Assembly: GCA_951406725.2 (NCBI GenBank)
Contig: OX597824.1
Location: 22,816,001-22,880,000, forward strand
Origin: Octopus vulgaris
Lineage: Eukaryota
DNA length: 64,000 nucleotides
Direction: 5' to 3'
Part shown: piece after piece, positions 53,336 to 64,000 of the stretch
Position numbering within the stretch: position 1 is the first letter of the stretch
Layout of the letters: each line of letters opens with the position of its first letter
Notes under the pieces: model-generated
What the model was told of the DNA's origin: nothing
Database searches by the model: none
The model's input: only the letters and a program-made list of their open reading frames with translations
Position numbers and translations under genes: made by a program

Positions 53336-54851
53336 GAAATTGGGTCTGAAATGGTCTTTGAAAGACTCGAACCTGAAGATCATCCAAAAGAGTTGCAGAA
53401 AATTCCAAAGTCGTCTGGAGGCTGTGGTTAAAGCCAATGGCTCTTGGGTACTGCTTGGCAACAACATGAATCCACCCATTCTCTGTGAACATTGTGATAT
53501 GTCCAGCCCAACAGAACTGGCACTTTGGGGATTCTGTGATCACTTTGTTTATTCTGCTTTTTTTGAAATGATATCTATCTATCTATCTATAAATATTTAT
53601 ATATATATATCTGTCTATCGCTAGCCACTACACATTCTTTATTTTCTCTCCTTGTTTCTTTCTGTGTTCCTTTCTGTGGAAGAGCGTAGGCTTGGAATGT
53701 TAAAGACTTTTTCACTTCCCGAGTATTATACCTAGCCTTGAATGTTATTTTGTAAACAAAATTTTGATATACACACACACAGGTGTACCTCCCCCGCCAC
53801 ACACACACACAGATGCATCCCACCCCCACACATACACTCATACATATATTCATATATATATATAAAAAAATAAATGCGCCCTTTTAAAGCCTAGTCGAGC
53901 TCATGGGCCCAGTTTCCCTGTTTCTATGGCGTACGTGTTCCCCATGCGGACGGGACGCCAGTCCATCGCAGCGTTACTCCTTTTTGCCAGCTGAGTGGAC
54001 TGGAGCAACGTGAAATGAAGTGTTTTGCTAAAAAATATTCATATATATATATATATATATATATATAAGTTCAGCAAAATTTAGATTCAGATGAATATGG
54101 TACTTAAGTTAAAGGTACCAAAATTTTGTATGGTATTATCCATATAAATCAAATGGGGTGATTATAATCAAAATAAGCAACAAGAATTTGAATCCTTGTT
54201 GCTTATTTGGATATATATATATATATGTATGTATGTATGTATGTACGTTATGTTCATACACACATATTTATGCACAAGTATTTCATACTTACCCTGCCAT
54301 ATTCATTCTAAAAACAAACAATTCCATCATTGAAACCTCAAAACTGCAAGATAATGCACGACTAATTCATATCAATGTGAATAAATAAATAAGCCTCACA
54401 TTTGACGGAATAATCTGAACACTAAAAGGTTAAAGGCTTTCTGCGAAAAGCTCTCTGTGTATTACACAGAACCACTCAGTGCTCTCTCTCTCTCACCTAC
54501 AAACACAAACAACAGGAACCTCATAGCCAATGATATAGTCAACTGGAGTCAATCAACTTGCTGAAGGATAAACTGTGACAATATAGCATTTGGATGAAGC
54601 AGGAAGTACCAATCTTATTAACTTTTTTTAATAACATAACTCACCGATTTACTCATGGTATTTTGGTAAAAAAAAAAAAGAAAAGAATGCAATAATAATC
54701 ACATATACTTCAAATGCACTGAATGACTGGCAACAGTTTTTTAACCATTTTTAACTGGAAAATTAAGAAAACAAAACAAAACATAATTACGGATAGGCTG
54801 GTTAACCCACATCGCACCATCTCTTTATTTATTCTCTTGTGTCTATGTAGA

Positions 54852-54890
<39 letters not shown>

Positions 54891-54905
54891 CATACACACA
54901 CACAC

Positions 54906-54944
<39 letters not shown>

Positions 54945-54996
54945 TATATATGTGTATATATATATATATATATACATATATACACACACATATATA

Positions 54997-55032
<36 letters not shown>

Positions 55033-55040
55033 CACACATA

Positions 55041-55075
<35 letters not shown>

Positions 55076-55175
55076 AGTTAATCCAAACAGGAAAACACAA
55101 AGAGAAAACACAACATGAGGTCGTGGAACAAGTATAGTGTTATTGGACGCTCGAGAAAGGAAAGAAAGAAGGAGG

Positions 55176-55210
55176 ATTTAACGTTTGGAGCGGAGCTCTT
55201 CGTCAGTAAC
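55176..55210 (-). ncRNA. Minimal hammerhead motif with a core mutation
   Basis: Minus strand: tta-CTGACGA-a-gagc-tcc-gctc-cAAA-cgt-TA-aat (GAAA>CAAA). Confidence 0.5.
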
Positions 55211-55269
55211 ATAGGAAAAGGAAAGATCCAAGGAAAATTGCCAACGATACACACGTGGTCACATATTGA

Positions 55270-55302
<33 letters not shown>

Positions 55303-57340
55303 GACATCTGTATCTCAATGCTTCTAAAGCAAATTTTGTTTGTTGACTTTCAACGTAAGCTGAATTTAACATATGATAGTGTCTTATAAAGCTAGATTTA
55401 TATATCCTAAATTTGCAGAAAAATTTGTCATTCAGACAGTTTAGCTTAATGGTGAAACACTAGGCGCATAATCACAGGGATGTGAGTTTGAGTCTCATGG
55501 CTGACCAGTGAAAGATTTTTCTGCAAAATATGGATAGTTTATCCTGTACATGCTTTATTATTAGCATTATCCTGCGTTTGGGAATAAAATTATTTACTAA
55601 TCTGTATCTTTCAGTACATCTCAACGCTTCTAAAGCAAACTTTGTCAAGTTTCAATGTAAGTTGAATTCAACATACATATATGTATATATATATATATAA
55701 ATTAAATTAGAGATAAAACCACTATTAGGCAAATCAAACAGTGAAAAACATAAACCAAAACATAGAAATAAAATTAATTAATATAATATACAAAATATAT
55801 AAAATATAAAATTCAAAATTTAAATTATTTAAATTTAAAGTTAAAAATTTTAAATTATTAATTTATATTTATAAATTTTTATATATATATATTTTTATTT
55901 TTACTTTTATTTTTTGTTTATTTATTTATTCATTTATTTTATTTATTTTCAAATTTAAAAAATTTTTTTAATTTTTAAAATTTTATTTTATTTTAAAAAA
56001 TTAAAATTAAAAAAAAATTTTTTTTTAATTTATTAAATATATATAACTATCAAAATGTATTAAAAAGTTTAATATAAGATATATATCTATATGTGTGTGT
56101 GCTTGAGGAGACCTATTGAGTCAAGTACATCAACACCAGAATAAAAATCAAATGGAAATTGTAGTTGTGATACCTGTGCCGGTGACACGTAAAAAGCACC
56201 ATTCGAACGTGGCCAATGCCAGCCTCCCCTGGCTTCTGTGCCAGTAGCACATAAAACCGATTGTGGCCACTGCCAGCCTCCCCTGGCACCTGTGACGGTG
56301 GCATGTAAAAAGCACCCACTACACTCATGGAATGGTTGGCGTTAAGAAGGGCATCCAGCTGTAGAAACACTGCTGGATCAGACTGGAGCCTGGTGCAGCC
56401 TCCTGGCTTCCCAGACCCCAGTCAAACTGTCCAACCCATGCTAGCACAGAAAACGGACATTGAACGATGATGATATATGCTTTTATGCATTTGTAGTATG
56501 TATGCTTTAGTTTCCTTTATATTTTTGGAATGCTTCCCAGAGTATGGAAGCTGGTTTCTAGCAAAGAAGCAAAAGCCTTGTTGCTGGAATTTAGATTACA
56601 AAAGCACTAATTGTTACCTTTTGAACATTAGAAAAATCTTGCGTATTTTTACTGTTCCACTTGTTGATTGTTTCTGCAAGGTGTGCAAATATGATGAACA
56701 AAACACTCTGCATTTCGGATGCTAGCAAGTTTATGGGGTTATCAGGAATGAATACGTGCCATTTCAGGGCCTACCTCTTGATGGCATCATTGCGCACTGG
56801 TCCTTCTCACTGAAATGAGGCCCCACTTGCTAGATCAACTGGTATATATCTTTGTGTGTGTTGTGTGTGTGTGTGTGTGTGTATGTGTGTGTGTGCATGT
56901 GTGTGCATGTGTGCGTGTGTGTGTGCATCTGTGTGTGTGTGTGTGCATGCATGTGTGTGTGCATGCATGTGTGTGTGCGTGTGTGTGTTTTCCAGCCACT
57001 TAGCATTGCTTGGCAACCAGTGTTGGTGTGTTTTTGTCCCTGTGACTTAGCAGTTCAGCAAAAGAGAACGATAGAATAAGTACTAGGCTTAAAAAGAAAG
57101 TCCTAGAGTCATTCATTCAACAAAAAAACCTTTAAGGCAGTGCTCCAGCTTGGCCATAGCCAAATGACTGAAACAAATAAAAGAATAAAACAATAGAGAC
57201 TGGAGAAATTTGATAGCTCGTTATTTGTAAATAATTTATGTAATCAACTAATTGGTTGAAGCTAAACTCTTGCTTTATGGCTTCTAAACATTTCTTATGT
57301 CAAAATTTCATCAACGAGAGCATGGCAGATGTTTATAACA

Positions 57341-57481
57341 GGTCGACTTTGCCTTTCATCTTTTCGGAGTTGATAAATTAAATACCAGTTACGCACTGGG
57401 GTTGATGTAATCGACTTAATCCGTTTGTCTGTCCTTGTTTGCCCCTTCTGTATTTAGCCCCTTGTGGGCAATAAAGAAATA
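57341..57481 (+). mobile_element. 5'-truncated SINE family B
   Basis: TSD agatgtttataaca (57327-57340/57482-57495). Confidence 0.85.
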
Positions 57482-57582
57482 AGATGTTTATAACATTATT
57501 TTTATGGGAATTCAGTGAGTTCTTGTCTCAATTACTGATTCAGGACATCTGTTGTCAATTGAAACATTAAGTCAAGGGATTC

Positions 57583-58473
57583 TTGCATTATGTTTATTCT
57601 TTTCTACTCTAGGCACAAGGCCCAAAATTTTTGAGGAGAGGGCCAATCGATTAGGTCGACCCCAGGATGCAACTGGTACTTAATTTATCAACTCCGAAAG
57701 GATGAAAGGCAAAGTCAACTTTGGCGGAATTTGAACTCAGGACATAAAGATGGATGAAATAACGATAAGCATTTTGCCCGGTGTTCTAATAATTCTGCTA
57801 GCTCTCTGCCTTTGCATCATGTTATATTCTTCTCTACTCTAGGCACAAGGCCCAAAATTTTCAGGGAGGGACCCAGTCCATTAGATCGACCCCAGTATGC
57901 AACTGTTGCTTAATTTATCAACTCCGAAAGGATGAAAGGCAAAGTCAACCTTGATGGAATTTGAACTCAAAATGTAAAGACAAACAAAATACCTATTTCT
58001 TTACTACCCACAAGGGGCCAAACACAGAGAGGACAAAAAAGGACAGACAAATGGATTAAGTCGATTATATCGACCCCAGTGCGTAACTGGTACTTAACTT
58101 ATTGACCCGAAAAGATGAAAGGCAAAGTCAACCTCGGCAGAATTTGAACACAGAATGTAGCGGCAGACAAAATATGGCTACGCATTTCACCTAGCGTGAA
58201 AATGTTTCTGCCAGCTCGCCACCTTTGCGACATGTGATATTCTTTTCTACTCTATGCACAAAGCCCGAAATTTTTGGGGAGGTGGGGGCAATCGAATAGA
58301 TTGACCTCAGTATGCAACTGGTACTTAATTTATCAACCCCAAAAGGATGAAAGGCAAAGTCAACCTTGGCGGAATATGAACTCAGAACGGAAAGATGGAC
58401 GAAATACCACTAAGCATTTTGAACGGCGTGCTAATGGTTCTGCCAGAACTCTCCCTTTGCATCATGTTATATT
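57583..58473 (-). mobile_element. Tandem array of family B-related SINEs separated by a repeated ~18-bp spacer
   Basis: ttgcatcatgttatatt-like spacer at ~57583, 57811, 58223 and 58456, bracketing three SINE units. Confidence 0.8.
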
Positions 58474-58523
58474 ATATGTGTGCTTGTGTGTGTATGTATG
58501 CATGTCATCATCATATAAATATA

Positions 58524-58919
58524 CAAGCAATATCGCCCGGCGTTGCTCGGGTTTGTAAGGGAAATAACTATATAAGCATTTTTAGAGAGTTATAGCCAAA
58601 AAATAGCAAAAAAATGCATTAAAAATGGAAAAAAAATGATGGTAAATTTTTTTTAAATCGTTGACTCATCGTAGACATTTTTAGAGAGTTACTTCCCTTA
58701 TATAATAGCGAAAAAGTGCATTAAAATGGAAAAAAATGATAGTAAATTTTTATTAAATCGTAGACTCATCGTAGACACGCGCTAATACCCAGAAGGGCTC
58801 GATATGAATCACGACTATAAGATACCCGGTTTTGGTTAAACTGCACCGCAAAATGTGGGAGTAGTTAGGAATCTAAATCGTAGGAGACAGACACACAACT
58901 TGACTTTTATATATGAAGA
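58524..58919 (-). mobile_element. Non-autonomous Helitron, second copy of 2127-2521
   Basis: Reverse complement, highly similar; A|TC start, hairpin retained, terminal CTAG mutated to CTTG. Confidence 0.85.
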
Positions 58920-59326
58920 TGTATGTGTGTGTGTGTATATATGTGTATCTATCTAATTATCTATCAATCTATCAATCTACCTATCTATCTATCTGCTCGG
59001 CCACTTGCATGTTAATTTCACAAGCAGGTTGTAACCATTGATCAGATCAACCGGAACCATCATCATCATAACCAGATGGACTGCCAGAATACATACATTT
59101 ACACACACACACCCTGAGATATCCTGGATGTCCGTTTTTATTTTTTGTGACAGCCAATCAAATGTGAAGAATGAAGGAAATAAAAACAGAGGAGAGGGGA
59201 AAGAGAGAGAGAGAGAGAAAGAGAGAGAGTGAGTGAGAAACAGAGTGAAGAAACTGAGAGAGAGAGAGAGAGAGAAAGAAATAAAAAGACAGGGAGTCAG
59301 TCAGAGGCAGAGAAAGTGAGAGAAAA

Positions 59327-59367
<41 letters not shown>

Positions 59368-59790
59368 GAAGGGGGTACAGATCTCTTTAATCTTTTCAGA
59401 TTAACCTTTTCATTTAACCAACTAAGTATGTAAGAAAGTTGTTTTCATAATCCTTTATTAAGCTTATATGTCACAAAATGGGCCAATGTGAGGTAACCTT
59501 AAACATCGTAAACAAAATTTAGATACACGCACACAAATAGGCGCATCCACGACTAGATTCACCCACACATGCACTCATACATATATTCATATATAAGTAC
59601 ACTATGTACATGTACATATATATATACAAGTATGTATGTATACGTACATCCATCTATCTGTCCATCTATCTATCAATCTATCTATCTATCTATCTGTGTA
59701 TCTATATCTAACTATCTATTTTGTTTCTCCTGTTGTCTTCTGTTTCTTTTTGTTCACTGCCTTCTGTCTGTCTGTCTATCTGTCTGTCTT

Positions 59791-59887
<97 letters not shown>

Positions 59888-60245
59888 CGATGGGCTTCTT
59901 TCTGTTTCCGTCTACCAAATCCATTCACAAGTCTTTGGTCGACCCGAGGCTATAGATACATTTTAAACCCGCTGTTATGGCAAGAACCATAACACCCCTT
60001 GTGAAAATGAACTAGCCGAACTCATATAAGTAGCAACATGTTTGACAGAGCAAGAGATGAGAAATCACAGCAAGTCAAAAGGTGTCATTCGTGAGTTCGT
60101 GGAGTCGTGGGAAATTGTTGAGAGGTTGTTATAAGTTCATTGAGAGTTGTTTTGGATTGGTTACAGTTGTTGGCAGAGTATTTGGGAATACATCAAGGGG
60201 AAACAGTTGGTATCTACCTCGTTCCATGATACTATATATCACACT

Positions 60246-60626
60246 GGGCACAATGGCCCAGTGGTTAGGGCAGCGGACTCGCGGTCATAGGATTGCGGTT
60301 TTGATTCCCAGACCGGGCGTTGTGAGTGTTTATTGAGCGAAAACACCTAAAAGCTCCACGAGTCTCTGGCAGGGGATGGTGGTGATCCCTGCTGTACTCT
60401 TTCACCACAACTTTCTCTCACTCTTACTTCCTGTTTCTGTTGTACCTGTATTTCAAGGGGCCGGCCTTGTCACTCTCTGTGTCACGCTGAATATCCCCGA
60501 GAACTACGTTAAGGGTGCACGTGTCTGTGGAGTGCTCAGCCACTTACACGTTAATTTCACGTGCGGGCTGTTCCGTTGATTCGGATCAACCGGAACCCTC
60601 GTCGTCGTAACCGACAGAGTGCTTCT
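60246..60626 (+). mobile_element. SINE family A (followed by family E at 60653-60950)
   Basis: TSD atatcacactg. Confidence 0.9.
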
Positions 60627-61123
60627 ATCCATATCACACTGTATTAGTTGTTGAGGCACATGGCCTAGTGGTTAGAGCAGTGGACTCACGGTCGAGGGAT
60701 CGCAGGTTCGAATCTCAGAGCAGGCGACATGTGTGTTTATCAGCGAAACACCTAAGCTCCATGCGGCTCCGGCAGAAGGTAATGGCGAACTTCTGCTGAC
60801 TCTTTCGCCACAACTTTCTCTCACTCTTTCCTCTTGCATCTAGCAGCTCACCTGCGACGGACCGGCGTCCTGTCCAGGTGGGGAACCTATGCGCCAAGAA
60901 AACCGGGAAACCAGCCCTTATGAGCCAGACATGGCTCAAGAAGGAACAAGCAATGCTGTATTAGTGTGACATATACAGAAACTATGGTATAGAAGCCACT
61001 CAGACGAATCTGGACAAGAACTTCCACAAGATGGTAAATTAAGCTGTAAGAATTTTAGTGGTTGCTTCAACTTACTCTTATACTTAGGGAGAAGTCTTCC
61101 TTTACCATGGAATCCCTCTACAT

Positions 61124-61532
61124 ACTCTTTTACTCTTTTACTTGTTTCAGTCATTTGACTGTGGCCATGCTTGTGCACCGCCTTTTTGTCAAGCAAATCG
61201 ACCCCAGGACTTATTCTTTTGTAAGCCCAGTACTTATTCTATCGGTCACTTTTGCCAAACCGCTAAGTTACAGGGATGTAAACACACCAGCATCGGTTGT
61301 CAAGCGATGTTGGGGGACAAACACAAACACACAAACACACACATGCATGCACACAGATACATATATACGACGGGCTTCTTTCAGTTTCCGTCTCCCAAAT
61401 CCACTCACAAGGCTTTGGTCGGCCCGAGGCTATAGTAGAAGACACTTGCTCAAGGTGCCATGGAGTGGGACTGAACCCGGAACCATGTGGTTCGTAAAGA
61501 AGCTACTTACCACACAGCCACCCCTGCGCCTA
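61124..61532 (-). mobile_element. SINE family C
   Basis: Full-length reverse copy. Confidence 0.85.
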
Positions 61533-61860
61533 CGTGAAAAGAACTTTTGAAATGCAATCATCTTGCATTCAAGCAACATGTCCTACCCATCAATAACACC
61601 AGTATCTGTCACAACTGTGACTTTACTTGCCCTGATGGGTATATTGGGCTTTGTATATTTGTGCCCCAGTGTCACTTTTATAGCATGTACTGTTCCTTTC
61701 TAATGCCAACCACTTTACACCCTGTACTGGGCCCTTTATATCATGCCACCAGCAACAGTGAAGTCACAATACAACTTGCAATGCTACAAACCTACAAAAT
61801 CCTAGTGATTGCTTCATGATGAAAATATATATGTGCATGTGAGTGTGTGTATGCTTGTAT

Positions 61861-62110
61861 TACCTATTTCTTTATTACCCACAAGGGGCTAAACACAGAG
61901 GGGACAAACAAGGACAGACATAGTTATCAAGTCGTAACTGGTACTTAATTTATCAACCCCGAAAGTGCGTAACTGGTACTTAATTTATCAACCCCGAAAG
62001 GATGAAAGGCAAAGTCGACCTCGGCAGAATTTGAACTCACAACGTAATGGCAGACGAAATACCGCTAAGCATTTCGCCCGGCGTGCTAACGTTTCTGCCA
62101 GCTCGCCGCC
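61861..62110 (-). mobile_element. SINE family B with internal 33-bp duplication
   Basis: cgtaactggtacttaatttatcaaccccgaaag occurs twice (61933-61965, 61968-62000). Confidence 0.8.
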
Positions 62111-62476
62111 TTTATGCTTGTATTACCATTTAGTGGCACAAGCAGTCAACACTATATTGGATGAGATCTCGTGGCAGCCATTGCCATCTCCGAGACTGTA
62201 TCAAGACCTCACCTGCATCCATTTGTCTTGCACGAGATCACAGTGAGGCTCACGATGGCAAACTGTATATAAGGGCAAAACAGAAACAGATTCATTCTCC
62301 CTTTCCGCTTCTGTGCAGCAGTGCTTCCTGAGCACGCTTCACTGGCTGGGCCTGTCGGCATGTTGTACCTCCAGAGGTAATGTGCCCACACTAATGGAGA
62401 TACAACACTACACACACAGCTCGAGATGGTTGCTGAGAGCAGTACACTTCACCTGTTCTGTGAGACTTGTAAATAA

Positions 62477-62860
62477 TGGAAGCACTCCGTCGGTTACGAC
62501 GACGAGGGTTCCGGTTGATCCGAATCAACGGAACAGCCTGCTCGTGAAATTAACGTGTAAGTGGCTGAGCACTCCACAGACACGTGTACCCTTAACATAG
62601 TTCTCGGGGATATTCAGTGTGACACAGAGAGTGACAAGGCCGGCCCTTTGAAATACAGGTACAACAGAAACAGGAAGTAAGAGTGAGAGAAAGTTATGGT
62701 GAAAGAGTACAGCAAGGATCACCACCATCCTCTGCCTGGAGCCTCGTGGAGCTTTAGGTGTTTTCGCTCAATAAACACTCACAACGCCCGGTCTGGGAAT
62801 CGAAACCGCGATCCTATGACCACGAGTCCGCTGCCCTAACCACTGGGCCATTGCACCTCC
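62477..62860 (-). mobile_element. SINE family A
   Basis: Reverse complement; TSD acttg(t/g)aaataa. Confidence 0.9.
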
Positions 62861-63354
62861 ACACTTGGAAATAAACCGGTTGTAAATTGCATTTGTGCTT
62901 AAAGACTTCTTTCTTCGCCCGATGGAGCCTGAACTACACGGAGAACAAGATATAATGGGAGAAGGTGATATTCTCCTGCCTTCCATTAAAAAATGGTGAC
63001 CCTAATGTAGAAAAGGATTTTCGGCAGCTGCAAGCTTTATTGTGTTGATGCCTCAACCAAATCACAGACTGGTGGTTTTCACTCGCTCCCAACTGATAAA
63101 CACATCAATGGCCACAACTCCAGCCGTCCATTCCATGATAGTTGTAGATGAGTGTCACTGTTATATAAGCAGCATCATTAATTTCCTCTCTTCTGTGAAA
63201 ACATGTCTTAGTCTGATCATGAGGAATTATATCACCTCACTTGGAATCAGGTTGAGGGCTGGTAACAGGAAGGGTACCGGGTCATGGAAAATCTGCCTCA
63301 AAAGATTTTGCCCTATTCATGGAAGCATTGAACAAGCAGTCATTCAAGTGGTGA

Positions 63355-63790
63355 GGATGACGATGATGTTGATGACAATGATGATGACATTGACAATGAC
63401 GACAACAATGATGATGATAATGATGATGACGACGACAACGGTGATGACAAAGGTGATGATGACGATAAAGATGACGATGACGACAAATATGATGATGATG
63501 TTGACGACAATGATAATGATGGGGTGTGTAAGGAAGAGGGGAGGGAGGAGGATGTTGAGGTGAAGGATGTGGAGGTGGAGGATGATGAGGAGGATGTGAA
63601 GGAAAAAGATATGGGGAGTAGGAGGATGCGGAGGGGAGGAGGAGGAGGAGAAAAAGGAGGATACATGCTTTTCTAGAGATGATATATGTTTGATTTTAGT
63701 ATTGTCATTGCTGTAGAATGGTGGTGGTGGTGGTGGTGGTGGTGGTGGTGGTGGTGGTGGTGGTGGTGGTGGTGGTGGTAGTGGGGGGGT
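63355..63790. repeat. (GAT/GAC)n, (GGA)n and (GGT)n low-complexity tracts
   Basis: Direct reading. Confidence 0.9.
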
Positions 63791-64000
63791 TGCTGTTGGC
63801 AGTATTTTAGCTGATTAGAATGTATTTTTTTTTGTCTTTTGTTACTTTTTATTTTCTTGACGAGAGATTCTTTATCTCCACCCACCCCTCTCTCTCTCGC
63901 TCTCTCACTTGGGAGCCTGCCTGTATTTTTGCTCACCACTCAAGTAACGGATGCGATGTGATTTGAGCATGTGTTGGTATCACTATATTCTAAAATAGCT

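Noticed and set aside
55760-56080. Almost pure A/T tract as a replication origin or matrix-attachment element
   Set aside because: Low-complexity sequence with no testable motif; common in this type of genome.
57583-58473. CRISPR-like repeat/spacer appearance
   Set aside because: Eukaryotic context, intervening units are homologous ~220-bp SINEs, repeats are degenerate, and there are no cas genes.
62125-62465. Mariner-like peptide (HLVAQAVNTILDEISWQPLP) on plus, or an exon ending CAG|gtgagg on minus
   Set aside because: The diagnostic HPPYSPDL motif is absent, and no convincing acceptor or recognisable protein was found; left unassigned.

Overview
Eukaryotic, very AT-rich, repeat-saturated animal DNA. 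The SINE families, RTE/CR1/Penelope LINE relics and extreme (AT)n/(GT)n/(CATA)n density suggest a coleoid cephalopod (Octopus-like) intron or intergenic region; that is inference, not a database match. No intact host protein-coding gene is visible, and nearly all listed ORFs are microsatellite or SINE artefacts. Real coding signal is limited to decayed transposons: RTE LINEs, CR1-like LINEs, Penelope-like (GIY-YIG) elements, an R4-like fragment, Tc1, a maT/DD37D-like element and Tigger/pogo. There are also non-autonomous Helitrons, a TTAA (piggyBac-type) MITE and at least 7 tRNA-derived SINE families. The most interesting hidden layer is non-coding: about ten minimal type-I hammerhead ribozyme motifs, intact to decayed, lie in short Penelope-type terminal repeats. 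One pair sits in a ~160-bp-arm inverted repeat, and one is in an ORF-less direct-repeat mini-element flanked by a ~200-bp duplication. Other notable signals are a head-to-head tRNA-like palindrome, a SINE/LINE 3' hairpin with compensatory substitutions, a SINE that recurrently nests in itself at one fixed site, and a locally templated inverted insertion. All coordinates were read by eye and are approximate.
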